A stretch of 63,298 nt of DNA from Planctomycetota bacterium (GCA_039190745.1 JBCCXZ010000016.1:1-63298); one strand, 5' to 3'; shown: positions 9,010-20,098, counted from the stretch's first letter. Notes: generated from the sequence alone by a model not told the origin. A program made the numbers and translations.

Positions 9010-9677
9010 ATCGCGAGCGGGCCCCCGGCGGGCAACAGATCGGCCAGCGGGCACCCTTCGCAACGCGGCGCCGGCTTACCGCAGTGCTCGCGGCCGACGC
9101 GGACCAGCAGCGCGTGCAGTTCATTGCACACCAACGGCTCGCCCGGCAAGCCTTCGGCCATCCGCTCCTGGACCGCCGCGTACCGGAATCGGGGCGTCGC
9201 CCAACCGTGCCTTGCGTAAACGCGGTGGGCGTAGGCGTCCGCCACTATCACCGGGCGGTCGAACGCGTAGCAGAGGATCGAGTCTGCGGTCTCGGGGCCG
9301 ATGCCCTTCGTGTCTAACAGGGTCGAACGCAAAGTCGGCGTTTCGATTTCACCCATCGCGTCGACCGAGCCGCCGAACCGCTGATCGACAATATCGATCA
9401 GGCCGCGGAGCCGCTCGGCCTTGATGCGGTAGAGCCCCGCACGGCGGATCTGCTTCGCTAACTGAATTCGGTTGAGCAGTCGCATCCGCTCGAAGCGGAG
9501 CCGATCGGCTTGGAGCAAGTCGTCGGTAGCGCGCTCGGCGTTACGCCAGGACGTGTTCTGCACCAACACGGCTCCGACCATCACCTCCCACGCCGACGTC
9601 GCCGACCACCATCCCTGCGGCCCGTAAGCGGACATCAAGCGTCGGTAGACTTTCCGGCTGACGCTTGTTCCGGGCAT
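9006..9677 (-). CDS. HhH-GPD (endonuclease III family) DNA glycosylase
   Basis: YGPQGWW, GAVLVQNTSW, KGIGPETADSILCYA, DAYAHRV; start uncertain. Confidence 0.88.
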   Translation of the reverse strand: MPGTSVSRKVYRRLMSAYGPQGWWSATSAWEVMVGAVLVQNTSWRNAERATDDLLQADRLRFERMRLLNRIQLAKQIRRAGLYRIKAERLRGLIDIVDQRFGGSVDAMGEIETPTLRSTLLDTKGIGPETADSILCYAFDRPVIVADAYAHRVYARHGWATPRFRYAAVQERMAEGLPGEPLVCNELHALLVRVGREHCGKPAPRCEGCPLADLLPAGGPLAI

Positions 9678-9912
9678 GCTCGGCTCCGCTAGCAATCGGG
9701 GATCGCCCGGGGCTCGCTCCTCGGTCTTTGTCAAGCGAGAACTCAGACCGTTTTCCATCGAACACAAACGGCCTTTGTCGGCGTTTCAGCCGGCAAGTAT
9801 AATCAAAGCGTCATGGGGGCTAAGCAACACCACACGGCCGCAGACGACGACGCGCTCCGGCATCGGCCAAAAACTTCTTCAATCAACGACTGCCAGTACG
9901 CGAGACCTCCCC

Positions 9913-10455
9913 TTGCTCTCCGCCCGACCGAAAGTTGCCGAGCTTGTGTTCCAACTCTTCGGGCGGCCTTTGCACCCCGAGCTGTTTGAGGTCTACCAAG
10001 CCCGCCGCATCCAGCGCGGGGGCTACACCGCCGACGTGCAAATCACGTCTGCGGGGCACGTCGTGACCTGGCGGTACGAGGGCCTCACGCTCACCGAGGT
10101 CGCTGCCGCGAGCACCCATCCGCTGCCGACGAAACGCCGGCTGATGTCGCACGCCCTGAAACGCGAGGGCGCAGACGACCTCGCCTGCCGCGGCGGCGTG
10201 TCCTACGCCGTGAGTTTTTCCGTCGAGCAGGCCGACGAAGAGAAGTTCCAGGCCTACCAGAAGGAACTCACCCTGCAGGCGACTCGTCAGGGCTTGATGC
10301 ACCGCTTCGATTCCAGCGGTCGGCTGGGCACGGGCGCCGTGAGCTACATCAACCTCGAGTCCCGCGACAAACTCTTGCGGCTGCGGGCGCTGCACACTTT
10401 TCCCGACGACCGGGCGCTGTTGAAGATCCAGTCGTCGTACCGCCTACCGGGTTGA
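9913..10455 (+). CDS. DUF2617-like conserved protein
   Basis: RPKVAELVFQLFGRPLHPELF, HTFPDD; inferred TTG start within the 9676 ORF. Confidence 0.65.
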   Translation: MLSARPKVAELVFQLFGRPLHPELFEVYQARRIQRGGYTADVQITSAGHVVTWRYEGLTLTEVAAASTHPLPTKRRLMSHALKREGADDLACRGGVSYAVSFSVEQADEEKFQAYQKELTLQATRQGLMHRFDSSGRLGTGAVSYINLESRDKLLRLRALHTFPDDRALLKIQSSYRLPG

Positions 10456-10476
10456 TCAGGCTGTCCGCCCCGGCTC

Positions 10477-11292
10477 TCAGAGCCCGGCAATGAAGTCGGT
10501 CATCGCCCGGCTGACTTCCTCGGGCGCCTCGGCGGTGGTCATGTGCCCCGCTCCGGCGATCTCGACGTACTCCGCGTGCGGAAGCGTTTCAGCGATGGAG
10601 CGCATCTCTTCTGGTGGGCTGATCGCGTCTTCGGCGCCGCAGACAACCAGCGCGGAGACGTTCATCTCTGCAAGCCGTCCGGTCACGTCCGGTCGGGCAG
10701 CCATGCCACGCTGGGCGGCCGCGACCGCCGCGGGCGAACTGCTGCGCAGGATCTCCTGCACCTCGGCCACCGCCTCGGGTCGCTCGGTGATGCTCGCGGC
10801 TGCAAAAAGCTTGGGGGTCATGGCCTGAACAACCGGATCCAGGCCCAACCGTTGGATGGACTCGGCCATCTTTAGCCGCACCGACCGGGCCTCGTCGGTA
10901 TCGGCGACTGCGCGGGTGTCGATCGCTAACAGCCCACGAAGCCGCTCGGGGTATCGCAAAGCGAACTGCCACGCGATATAGCCGCCCATCGAAAACCCTG
11001 CCAGCACGACCGGCTCGTCGACGCCGATCCCATCGAGCAGCGCAGCCACATCCACTGCGTACCGCTCCATGGGCACGCCGGACTCAGCATCGCTCGGGGC
11101 GAGGCCCGACTCGCCAAAGCCGCGCAGGTCGACCGCGATCACGCAACAGCTCTTCCGCAACGCTTCGACCTGGCGATCCCACATGCGCCGCGAGAGCGGA
11201 AACCCGTGCAACAACACCACCGGGACGCCCTCGCCCGCGACCTCGGCCGCGATCTTCACGCCGTCGACCTGCACCTGCACTTCTTGTGGCAT
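10477..11292 (-). CDS. Alpha/beta hydrolase
   Basis: LLHGFP, DLRGFG, GFSMGG nucleophile elbow, GAED, AGH. Confidence 0.92.
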   Translation of the reverse strand: MPQEVQVQVDGVKIAAEVAGEGVPVVLLHGFPLSRRMWDRQVEALRKSCCVIAVDLRGFGESGLAPSDAESGVPMERYAVDVAALLDGIGVDEPVVLAGFSMGGYIAWQFALRYPERLRGLLAIDTRAVADTDEARSVRLKMAESIQRLGLDPVVQAMTPKLFAAASITERPEAVAEVQEILRSSSPAAVAAAQRGMAARPDVTGRLAEMNVSALVVCGAEDAISPPEEMRSIAETLPHAEYVEIAGAGHMTTAEAPEEVSRAMTDFIAGL

Positions 11293-13253
11293 TACTGCTT
11301 CACTCCGATGCCGGCTGCGGATGGTTTCGACTCCTCGGCCTGTTGGGCCGCGGCCTCTTGGAACATCGCCAGCTGGCGTCGCATGACCTGCACCATGGGT
11401 TGCCTCTCAACGGCCTGTTTCTGATACTTGATCGCTGAGTTGTAGTCGCCCACGGCGTAGTAGCAGCGGCCGAGTGTGTCCAGGAAACTCGCATTACCCG
11501 GGTCAAGCTCTAGTGACCGGAGGGAGTACTTCACCGCTTGCTCGTAGTCGCCCTCGGTGTTGCTGACCAGCCACGCCCAGAAGTTGTAGTTCTGAGCGTC
11601 CTCCTCGCCGGAAGCGAGCCCGGCTTCGATCACGTGCTGCAGCCTTCGGCGGAGCGATTTGATCAGGTCACGCACGCGCGCCCGGTAAGCCGGGTCGGCG
11701 CCCTCGACGCGGTACATCGCGATCAGGATGTCAGGGTTGAGGGGATTGAGTCGGTAGGCCTTCTCCAGGTGCAACGCTTCCTGTTGGTGCTCCCCGAGAC
11801 TCTTTTTGTGGCTCGCGCGGAAGAACTCGCGTACCGACTGGAAGCTCTTCCAAATACTCAGGGCCCGTGCAGCGCCCTGGTCTGGTTCGACGCTCTCCAT
11901 CGTTTCGGCAAGATCGGCCAGCATGGCCGCTTCCGCCTCAGCGCTGGCCTCGGCGGCCTCGCAGAACTCGTCGAACAATTCGGCCGCCGCGCGGTATTGC
12001 TCCCGGTCGTGCAGCCACCAGTTGCCCAGTTCCTGGCGGGCGCCCATCGACTCGGGGTGAAGTATGGGTAATGCGGCGATCACAGCCCGCCACTCCGCGG
12101 CGGCCCAGTCCAGACGACCGCTCTCAAGCAGCGAGGCGGCGATGACGTTCCGGTCCTCGGTGTCGTCGGCCTGAAAAGCCAACGCCTTGCGAGAGGCCTC
12201 GTCGGCTCCGTTTGTGTCGCCTTGCTCCGACCGCCCGAGCGCGACAAGGTACATCAAGAACCGGTTCTGAGAGATCTCGGCCGGGTGCTCTTCGAACAGC
12301 TGGCTGAAGAGCTCCCAGTCGCGTTTATCCGACGCCCAGAAGAGTTGGTAGCCAACAGCCTTCGCCGATTGGTCTTCCTCAGACTCGAACCAGGAACGAA
12401 TCGATCCCGGCAAGTCAGGCAGTTGCTCCTCCTTGAGGCTTGCCAGGAATTCAGCGAGGTCGGTGAGCACTCCCATCAGCGGAGCAGGTTCGTCGATGGA
12501 TCTGCACACGAATAGTTGGTGAAGCATCAGGCCGTAGGCCAGCTCGGCATCGGCCACCTCGCCGCTGGCGCGGAACCGCTCGACTATCTCTGCCACTTCC
12601 CTGTCCCATTCTTGCTGGACTTGCCCCGGGGCTTCTAATCCGCGGAGCCCCAACCCTGCCCAACGGGCGGCGGCCGACTGGCTGTCGTCCAATTCGGACC
12701 ACCAAGCCTCGTTGTCGATGCCGTCTGCCGCAGCGAGCTCAAGCAGCGACAGCGCGCTCATCGCGGCTTGCAGTGCGGCTGGAGAAGTCTCAAACCTGGC
12801 GATGCGGCAGAGCGCCGGCCCGCCCGTAGCCTCGGGGACGTCCTCTAATTCCTCAATCGCCTCCAACCGCTCCGCCATCGACCCGGCAGCGAACCGCTTC
12901 ATGACCTGCTGCACGGCGGGCGGGTCGGTCGGCTTGACCCACTCGACCTGCACCCGCTGGAGGATGTGCCGGGCACGGGTCGCAATCTCAAGGTCCGGGT
13001 GCTTGACCGCCTCTTGCAGGGCGTCGAACGCCCGGACTCCGAGCGATTCCAACCGACGCTGCGCGGCGTCTCGCTCGACGAATAGATCGCTGCCGAGCCG
13101 TTCGACCAGCTCGGTGATCTCGAGCGTCGTGGATTCTGGTTCGCCTTCCTCCACACGGGCGGAGGCGGCGGGAGCGAACACGGCGGCGGCCCAGAAAAGC
13201 ACCGCGAGGCACGAACAGCGGCGGCGGGTCTGCGGTCGTATCAAGGACGCCAT
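11292..13253 (-). CDS. Exported HEAT/TPR-repeat protein
   Basis: Signal peptide, HEAT-like N-terminus (VERLGSDLFVERDAAQRRL), C-terminal TPRs (FLDTLGRCYYAVGDY); start uncertain. Confidence 0.8.
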   Translation of the reverse strand: MASLIRPQTRRRCSCLAVLFWAAAVFAPAASARVEEGEPESTTLEITELVERLGSDLFVERDAAQRRLESLGVRAFDALQEAVKHPDLEIATRARHILQRVQVEWVKPTDPPAVQQVMKRFAAGSMAERLEAIEELEDVPEATGGPALCRIARFETSPAALQAAMSALSLLELAAADGIDNEAWWSELDDSQSAAARWAGLGLRGLEAPGQVQQEWDREVAEIVERFRASGEVADAELAYGLMLHQLFVCRSIDEPAPLMGVLTDLAEFLASLKEEQLPDLPGSIRSWFESEEDQSAKAVGYQLFWASDKRDWELFSQLFEEHPAEISQNRFLMYLVALGRSEQGDTNGADEASRKALAFQADDTEDRNVIAASLLESGRLDWAAAEWRAVIAALPILHPESMGARQELGNWWLHDREQYRAAAELFDEFCEAAEASAEAEAAMLADLAETMESVEPDQGAARALSIWKSFQSVREFFRASHKKSLGEHQQEALHLEKAYRLNPLNPDILIAMYRVEGADPAYRARVRDLIKSLRRRLQHVIEAGLASGEEDAQNYNFWAWLVSNTEGDYEQAVKYSLRSLELDPGNASFLDTLGRCYYAVGDYNSAIKYQKQAVERQPMVQVMRRQLAMFQEAAAQQAEESKPSAAGIGVKQ

Positions 13254-13287
13254 TGCGTTACCGATGTGCCCGGCCGAGCGGCGCCGC

Positions 13288-13731
13288 TCAGCCGCTGCTC
13301 TCCATCGTCTCAATGTACTGCCGGAGCCGCTCGTTCTCGTCGGCCACGCCCCGGAGACGCAGCATGTTGTCCACCCGCTTGAGCAGTTCGAGCTTGTTGA
13401 CCGGCTTCGAGAGGAAGTCGTCTGTCCCCGAGTTTACCGCGCGCTCGATGTCGCCCAACTCGTTCAAGGCCGTGATCATCAGCACCATGATGCCCTTGGT
13501 CTCGTCGTCGGCCCGCAGCTTCTCGCAAACCTCGAAGCCGCTCAGCTTCGGCATCATCACGTCCAGCAGGATCAGGTCTGGCCGGAACGAGGCGACCTTG
13601 TCCATCGTGTCTTGGCCGTCGACCGCCACCTGCGTCTCGACGTCGACCTCCGCCAGGTAGGCCTCGATCAGCTCGACGTTCGCCTCGTTGTCGTCCGCGA
13701 TCAGCACGCGTTGCTTGGTTGGCTCTTCCAT
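13288..13731 (-). CDS. Single-domain response regulator (receiver)
   Basis: LIADDN, DLILLDVMMP, IT, DFLSKP. Confidence 0.93.
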   Translation of the reverse strand: MEEPTKQRVLIADDNEANVELIEAYLAEVDVETQVAVDGQDTMDKVASFRPDLILLDVMMPKLSGFEVCEKLRADDETKGIMVLMITALNELGDIERAVNSGTDDFLSKPVNKLELLKRVDNMLRLRGVADENERLRQYIETMESSG

Positions 13732-13802
13732 CGCTGCCTCGTGGTTTGCCGCTTGGTCCCGCTCGGCGCCACAACCTACGGCGCCCGCCGCAGACTACAA
13801 CC

Positions 13803-15077
13803 CTAGCCGGCCGCGGCCGGCTCCGGCGCATCCAGTTGCGAGGCCGGCACCGGGAACTGCTCGCACATCTCGCGGATCTCGCCCTTCACGCGGGCCAAGA
13901 CGCTCTCCTCTTCGGGCGCACGGAGCGCCTCCAGAATCCAACAGCCTACGCGGCGCATCTCCTCGGGGCCCATCCCCCGCGTGGTGAGCGCCGGCGTCCC
14001 TAGACGGATGCCAGAGGGGTCCATCGGTTTCCGCTCGTCGTACGGGATCATGTTCTTGTTGGCGGTGATGCCGCAGGCGTCGAGCGACGTCTCCGCCAGC
14101 TTGCCGCCCAAACCTAACGGGGTGACGTCAACCAGCATGAGGTGGTTGTCGGTGCCGCCGCTGACCAGCTTCAGCCCGCCGCTGGCGAGCGTCTCCGCCA
14201 GCACCTTGGCGTTGTCGAGCACCTGCTGGATATACTCGCGGAAAGCCGGCTTGAGCGCCTCGCCGAAGCACACCGCCTTGCCGGCGACCACGTGCATCAG
14301 CGGGCCGCCCTGCGTGCCGGGGAACACCCGGCTGTTGATCGTCTTGCCGTATTCCTTCTTCGCCAAGCAGAGCCCGCTGCGGGGGCCGCGGAGCGTCTTG
14401 TGCGTGGTGGTCGTCACGAAGTCGGCCACCTGCACCGGATCGTCGTGCAGCTTCGCCGCAACCAGGCCCGAGTAGTGGGCCATGTCGACCATCAGCTTCG
14501 CCCCGACATCGCGGGCGATCTCGGCGAACCGTCCGTGCGGGATCTCACGCGGGTAGGCGCTGGCGCCGGCGATGATCAGCTTCGGCTTGTGCTCTTTGGC
14601 GAGCGACGCCACCTGATCAAAATCCAGCAGGTGGTCGTCCTGGCGGACACCGTAGTGGTGGAAGTTGTAGAGCATGCCGGAGATGTTCAGCCGCATGCCG
14701 TGCGTGAGGTGCCCGCCGTGGGCCAAATCCAGGGCCAGCACGGTGTCGCCCGGCTCGAGCACCGAGAGGAACACCGCCGCGTTCGCCTGCGACCCGGAGT
14801 GCGGCTGCACGTTGGCGAACTCCGCCCCGTAGAGTTCTTTCGCCCGAGCGATGGCGAGGTTTTCGACCACGTCGACGTGCTCGCAGCCGCCGTAGTACCG
14901 CCGGCCGGGGTAGCCTTCGGCGTACTTGTTGGTCAGCACGCTGCCGACAGCCTGCATCACCGCGGGGCTGGTGTAGTTCTCGCTGGCGATCAGCTCCAGC
15001 CCTTCCGTCTGACGGCGGACCTCATCGTCGACGGCCGACCAAACGTCGGGGTCGTTCTCTGCCAAAAAGTTTCTCAT
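13803..15077 (-). CDS. glyA: Serine hydroxymethyltransferase
   Basis: [37 protein letters not shown]. Confidence 0.97.
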   Translation of the reverse strand: MRNFLAENDPDVWSAVDDEVRRQTEGLELIASENYTSPAVMQAVGSVLTNKYAEGYPGRRYYGGCEHVDVVENLAIARAKELYGAEFANVQPHSGSQANAAVFLSVLEPGDTVLALDLAHGGHLTHGMRLNISGMLYNFHHYGVRQDDHLLDFDQVASLAKEHKPKLIIAGASAYPREIPHGRFAEIARDVGAKLMVDMAHYSGLVAAKLHDDPVQVADFVTTTTHKTLRGPRSGLCLAKKEYGKTINSRVFPGTQGGPLMHVVAGKAVCFGEALKPAFREYIQQVLDNAKVLAETLASGGLKLVSGGTDNHLMLVDVTPLGLGGKLAETSLDACGITANKNMIPYDERKPMDPSGIRLGTPALTTRGMGPEEMRRVGCWILEALRAPEEESVLARVKGEIREMCEQFPVPASQLDAPEPAAAG

Positions 15078-15164
15078 GCTGTCCCTGTCGCGGCGTTGGC
15101 GTGCCCTACTCGGCGCGGTGTTTGTGAGCGTGAACCTGCATTGTCGAAGCGGCCCCAGAAAGTG

Positions 15165-16460
15165 TCAATCGCGGGCCACCCTCACCCGAACGACTCCGCC
15201 GCTCTGATCGACAACCGGCGACTTGTTTACCCGCAGGAAAAGCACGCCCTCCACCCGCGGAGTGAGCGTGGCCCCCAGGCCAACCGCGGTCGGCACGCTG
15301 AAATCCCTGGCCGTTGCCGAGCCAGCAGGAGCCACCGCGGCGAGCAGCTGCCCGATCGGCCTCCCGCCGAAGTAGTCGAGCGTGATGCCCCCAGGCTCGC
15401 ACGGCCACACCCCGCCGTCCGCGGCGACGCGGTAGCGGCCTTCGGCAGATAACCGGTAACGCCGGCCTGCCCGCAGACGCAACCCGCTCGACTGCCACCC
15501 CAAGGCCGCGTCGATCTCGCACACGACTTCGTCGGCGGGGACATCGCCAACGGCCCGGTGCAGAACCCGCAACGCTTCAGGGTCTGCGCCGTAATCCAGC
15601 CCGGCGATCCACGCGGCCCAATCGGTCTGCAAGTCGTCCCAGCCCTCCCCGGTGCGCTTTCGGAACCGACCGTTAAACCCGCCCTCGCGCGCGTCGCGAG
15701 CCAACGCCGACAGCATACCGCGGTGGTCGGGATGCGTGTCGAGCATCACCGCCGCCGCCCAACACCAGGAGTAGCTCCGTGCCGAGTCGCGGGTCGAGGT
15801 GCGGGTCTCCATCAGCCGCTCCAGGGTTGGCACGCGCTGCGTCTCAACCGCCGCTCGCAGGTGCTTGATCCGCCCCCAGTACGGCGCCGACGCGCGCGAC
15901 TCGGGAACGACGCGCATCACAAGCCGCTCTCCGTCCCACGTGTGCGTGCCGAACAGTTCGGCCACGCCCTCGCGGTACCAGTCCGGCCCCAGCTCGCTAA
16001 ACCGCGAGAGCACAAACGCATGCGTCCCCTCGTGCAGCAGCAGGTGCCGTCGGTAGTAGGCGCTCGGCTGCTCGACCAACCACAACGCCTTAGCGTTGGC
16101 GAAGCCATTCACGAACCCCGGCTTCTCCCGCGGCATCAGGCGGAGCGCTCGGAAACGCTCCCGGTCTTCGATCAGGCTCCCGAGGACCCGCCAGTCTTCC
16201 AGCTCTCGCGGCGGCACGCCGAAGTACTCCGCCCACTGCGGCACGGCCGCGTCGAAAACCGCGGTGAGTTCATCGATCTCCGGCGTGGCCGGCAGGTCGG
16301 TCAGCAGCGTCAGGTGCTTGCCCCGCAACACCCGGACGCCAGCGGCGGCGAGCTTATCCGGATCGATTGAGGCCGACGTCGAGCGTTGCGCAGCGCCCCC
16401 GGAGGCGAGCAAGCACGCCAAACAAAGTGAAAGCAAGAGAACCCAAGGGCGAACGGCCAT
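15165..16460 (-). CDS. Exported zincin-like (HExxH) protein
   Basis: Signal peptide, LLHEGTH followed by WYREGVAE; stop of the upstream AsmA-like gene lies close by. Confidence 0.7.
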   Translation of the reverse strand: MAVRPWVLLLSLCLACLLASGGAAQRSTSASIDPDKLAAAGVRVLRGKHLTLLTDLPATPEIDELTAVFDAAVPQWAEYFGVPPRELEDWRVLGSLIEDRERFRALRLMPREKPGFVNGFANAKALWLVEQPSAYYRRHLLLHEGTHAFVLSRFSELGPDWYREGVAELFGTHTWDGERLVMRVVPESRASAPYWGRIKHLRAAVETQRVPTLERLMETRTSTRDSARSYSWCWAAAVMLDTHPDHRGMLSALARDAREGGFNGRFRKRTGEGWDDLQTDWAAWIAGLDYGADPEALRVLHRAVGDVPADEVVCEIDAALGWQSSGLRLRAGRRYRLSAEGRYRVAADGGVWPCEPGGITLDYFGGRPIGQLLAAVAPAGSATARDFSVPTAVGLGATLTPRVEGVLFLRVNKSPVVDQSGGVVRVRVARD

Positions 16461-16486
16461 CCGACTATCGTAGCAACCGACGGCCC

Positions 16487-19400
16487 TCACCGAGACTTGA
16501 ACAGCTTCTTGAACTGCCGGTTCAGTTCATCGCCGATCACGCTCGAAGCGGCGCTCTCGATCACCTTCTGGGTGAGCCCAGCGATCGCCCGCTCGTCGAT
16601 CCGCGGGTACTGGAATGTGCCTGTGACGGGGATCTCGATCACCTGCCCAGCCAAACCCTGCAGGGCCCGTTCCGTCCCCAGCCACTTCTGCTGGATCGGC
16701 ACCTCGAACGTGATCGCCAGCGTCTGGTCGAAGCCCACCGACCCCGAAGAAGTGACCGGCACTTCGTCGATCAGAAACTCCAGCCCGCGGTGGTAAACCC
16801 GCCCGTCGGCTACCTGGAACGTGACCTGCTTATCCTGGATCGAGAGCAGCGGGCTGTTCGACGGCGAGGCCGCCGCGACCGGGTCGCCGCTGCCGATCGC
16901 CTCCACCCGTTCGACCAACGCTGAGACCTGCTGGATGATCGGCCCCGGCGAGAGCGTCGCGTCCTGCACATCAAGCCGCCCGCCAACGCGCGCCCGCGAG
17001 GGTTCCGCCAGCGGCACGCGCACCCCATCGAGCTCAACAGAGAACTTACCCTGGGCCCTCGTTGTTCCCGCAAGCACGGGGGCAACATACTTCAGTATCG
17101 CCTCGCTCACTTCGGGGGAGATGGCCAGCCCCGAGACCACCGGCCCCGCCGGCAGTACCAGTTCCTGCGGCGCCGGGTCGAGCGTCATTGTCGGCCGAAG
17201 CAACAGTTTCCCTTGACCCACCGCGAGCTCAACGGGGACTACGTCCACCCGACCGTCGGCTAACCGTGCATCCAGCCGCCCGCCGCCGATCGGGATGCCG
17301 TACAACGCACCGCCGCTCCAGCCCGCGGCCGATTCTGCTTGAAGCGTCCGCGACCAGTGCAACGGCGGCCCGCTCGGGTCGGCCGCTGCCAGCGAACCCG
17401 CAGCCCGGAACGCCACCCGCCCGTCGCCGCCCAGCTGCACGCCCGGCCCCGCGTAGGCGGAGATCAGCGACGCCAGTTGCCGGGGGTCGTATTCGAGGTT
17501 GCCGTTGGCTTCAACCAGTTGGCTCTGAGAGAGCTGGTCGACCTTCGCGTCGACCGTGAGCCGCAGCGTTTGCCCCGTGATTTGCAAACCCGTCAACGCG
17601 ACGCGGTCGGCCCCCGGGTCGAACGAGGCCTGCCCCTCAAGGTTGAGCCGCGGCTCGTTCCAGGCGACCGACTCCGAGCCATCGGCCGCAACTTGGAGGA
17701 CTTGCAGCGGCTCGGCGCTGGCCGTCAGGTCGGCAACCAGTGCGTTGCCCTCGGACCTTAACTGCACGTTCCCCACCGCGACGCCCACGGGAACGGTCGA
17801 GCCGGTCGACCCGCTGCCTAAGACCCCGGCCAGTCGCCGCAGGTCGGCCCGGTAGGCGATCGTCCCGCTGGCCCGCGGCGCCACCCCGCCGGGATCGACG
17901 AAGACATCCGCCGCCCGCAGTGCCACGGTGCTGCCGACCAGCTGTAGTTCTTTCGACGAAACGCCGCCTGTCTGGTTGTCGTAGACGGCGGACCCCGTGA
18001 GCTCCAGCCGCGGTTCGGAAACGCCCTGCCCGGCGGCGCCCAGTCGGAAGTTGGTAAGCGTCACCCGCGCGTCCCGCGCTTCGACCACGTCGCCGGTCAC
18101 TCCCAACAAAACATCCGCGTCGGCCGAGCCCGACAGGCCGTCTACCGCGCCAACCCACGGCCTCAAACGCTGGGCCCAGGTCGCCAGGGGGCCCTGCAGC
18201 CGGGCCCGCACCGCGACCGAAGTCGCGTCGCCAAGCCGAGCAGGCTCGGTGAGTTCTAATTCCAGTTGGTCGCCCCGCCCCCGCAGGTCGACGCGGCCTT
18301 GGGCGAGTGAGATAGGCCGGAAGCCGTTGCGCGTGCCTTCGGCGGATGCGGTCACGTCCAGGCGCGGCTCAGCCAGCAGCACATCGGCGCCGCTCGCGAT
18401 CGACGCATTGCGGACCTGCACCGAGGCGTTGCCCCGGAACCCGTCGGCCGACGTTTGCGAGAGCGTCACCCGCCCCAACGCCGTGCCCTGGATCGTTGCC
18501 CCGCCGAGGTCGATCAACTGCCCGGCCTGGGTGGCCAAGCGGTCGAGGCTCAGCTCGAAGTCGGCGGTCACCGAATCGTTCTCCGTCTCCATCACGGCCT
18601 TCGCAAACGGAGCGGAGAGGTTCACCCGCTCGAGCCGGGCCCCTCCCGCGCCGGGCGAGACCAACGCCGAAACCTCGATCGGCTCGCGCCAGGCGACCGG
18701 GCGGCCGTTGTTGCTGCCGGACACCTCGGCCAGCGACCCCACCACTCGCCACGCGGAGTCGCCCTCAGGGCCCGCCTGGACCAGCAGCTTGCCGCCGTCG
18801 ATTGTTACTCCCTGCTTCAGGTGCAGCGTCCGGGGCAATGAGCGGGCAAGCTTGGCCGCGTCCGCCTCAATGTTCACCCGCAGGCCCGATCGCCGGAGCG
18901 CGTCGGCCGGGTCCTGAGCGAGCGCGTTGCCGTTGACCGCCCCGGAGAGCCGCGCCGTGAGCCAGCCCGCGTCGAGTTCTGCCCGCCCGATCCGGAGCAC
19001 GCCGTCGGCGAACGAAGCCTCCCAGGGCATCCCGATCACCGCCGACTCGAGCACGTCGCCCTTGAGAGCGTCGCAGGTCATCGCAAACCGCTCGGCCTCG
19101 AATCGGCCCGAAGATTGGATCGACCGCGTCGGGCCCTCGCCCGACAGGTCGACGGTGGCATCGATCGAAGCGAGCCCGTCGAGCCGAGCGCCGGGTAGCG
19201 CCGAGCCTAGAAACGGCTCGAACGCCTGCAACGGCACATGGTCTCCGACGATTCTTATCTCGCGGCCGGCTGCATCGCCCGCCGCCAGGGTGAACCGGAC
19301 GCGCCCGGCTTCCGGCCCCGCCGGCCGCCCGTCGGCGTCGACTCCCCCGCGGTGGATCACGGCCTCGCCGTCCACCGCAGGACCGCCGCTGCTCTGCAGG

Positions 19401-19999
19401 TCGAGGTCGAGGTTCAGGCCGCTGAACGACCAGCTACGCCCGGGATCGGCCGCGTCCTCCGTGCTCGCCACCCCCTCGCTGACCCGCAGCAGAAGCTCGG
19501 TCGCAGGCGACGCTTCGTCTGGCTCGGGAGCCGCCTCTTCGGTCGATTCGTACCCCGCCAGGAACTCGTCGAGGTTCGTCCGGCCGTTCCGGGTCTCAAG
19601 CCGCAGGCGCGGTCGGTCGATGCTCAGCATGCCCAGCCGCGAGCCGTCCAATACCAGCGTGCCCAGCGAGCGGTCGAGCGTCACACGGTCGGCCCGGAAG
19701 AACAACTCGCCCTCGGGGTCGGTCACCACCAGCCCCGTGAGCGTCTGCCCGCCGACCCAGGAGAACGAGCCGCCGGTGGTGGTCGCCTTCCAACCGCCCT
19801 CGGGCATCGCCGCAGCCAGCAGCGTGTCGCGGAAGTTCGATACGGAGATCGCCGTCGGCGCGATCAGCACCAGCACTGCCGCCAGCAGGGCCAAAACCCA
19901 GAGCCGCCGCAACCAGCGGCGTCCCGACCCGGCGGGGCGTTGTGGGGGCGGCTCCGCAGGAGCGCTTGCGTCCAAGGGGGCGTCGTACGCAGCAGCCAT
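16487..19999 (-). CDS. Large AsmA/TamB-like beta-rich envelope protein
   Basis: N-terminal TM anchor, repetitive beta-strand composition, C-terminal SGSVGFDQTL..IPVTGTF..PRID AsmA-like end. Confidence 0.65.
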   Translation of the reverse strand: MAAAYDAPLDASAPAEPPPQRPAGSGRRWLRRLWVLALLAAVLVLIAPTAISVSNFRDTLLAAAMPEGGWKATTTGGSFSWVGGQTLTGLVVTDPEGELFFRADRVTLDRSLGTLVLDGSRLGMLSIDRPRLRLETRNGRTNLDEFLAGYESTEEAAPEPDEASPATELLLRVSEGVASTEDAADPGRSWSFSGLNLDLDLQSSGGPAVDGEAVIHRGGVDADGRPAGPEAGRVRFTLAAGDAAGREIRIVGDHVPLQAFEPFLGSALPGARLDGLASIDATVDLSGEGPTRSIQSSGRFEAERFAMTCDALKGDVLESAVIGMPWEASFADGVLRIGRAELDAGWLTARLSGAVNGNALAQDPADALRRSGLRVNIEADAAKLARSLPRTLHLKQGVTIDGGKLLVQAGPEGDSAWRVVGSLAEVSGSNNGRPVAWREPIEVSALVSPGAGGARLERVNLSAPFAKAVMETENDSVTADFELSLDRLATQAGQLIDLGGATIQGTALGRVTLSQTSADGFRGNASVQVRNASIASGADVLLAEPRLDVTASAEGTRNGFRPISLAQGRVDLRGRGDQLELELTEPARLGDATSVAVRARLQGPLATWAQRLRPWVGAVDGLSGSADADVLLGVTGDVVEARDARVTLTNFRLGAAGQGVSEPRLELTGSAVYDNQTGGVSSKELQLVGSTVALRAADVFVDPGGVAPRASGTIAYRADLRRLAGVLGSGSTGSTVPVGVAVGNVQLRSEGNALVADLTASAEPLQVLQVAADGSESVAWNEPRLNLEGQASFDPGADRVALTGLQITGQTLRLTVDAKVDQLSQSQLVEANGNLEYDPRQLASLISAYAGPGVQLGGDGRVAFRAAGSLAAADPSGPPLHWSRTLQAESAAGWSGGALYGIPIGGGRLDARLADGRVDVVPVELAVGQGKLLLRPTMTLDPAPQELVLPAGPVVSGLAISPEVSEAILKYVAPVLAGTTRAQGKFSVELDGVRVPLAEPSRARVGGRLDVQDATLSPGPIIQQVSALVERVEAIGSGDPVAAASPSNSPLLSIQDKQVTFQVADGRVYHRGLEFLIDEVPVTSSGSVGFDQTLAITFEVPIQQKWLGTERALQGLAGQVIEIPVTGTFQYPRIDERAIAGLTQKVIESAASSVIGDELNRQFKKLFKSR

Positions 20000-20098
20000 G
20001 CCGGACGATTCTCGGGGAGGAGTGAGCCTGTGATCCGTCCGCGCGATTCTAGACCCGGCGGAAAATCGCAGGTACCCCAAGCGGGTGCTAGCGGCGCA

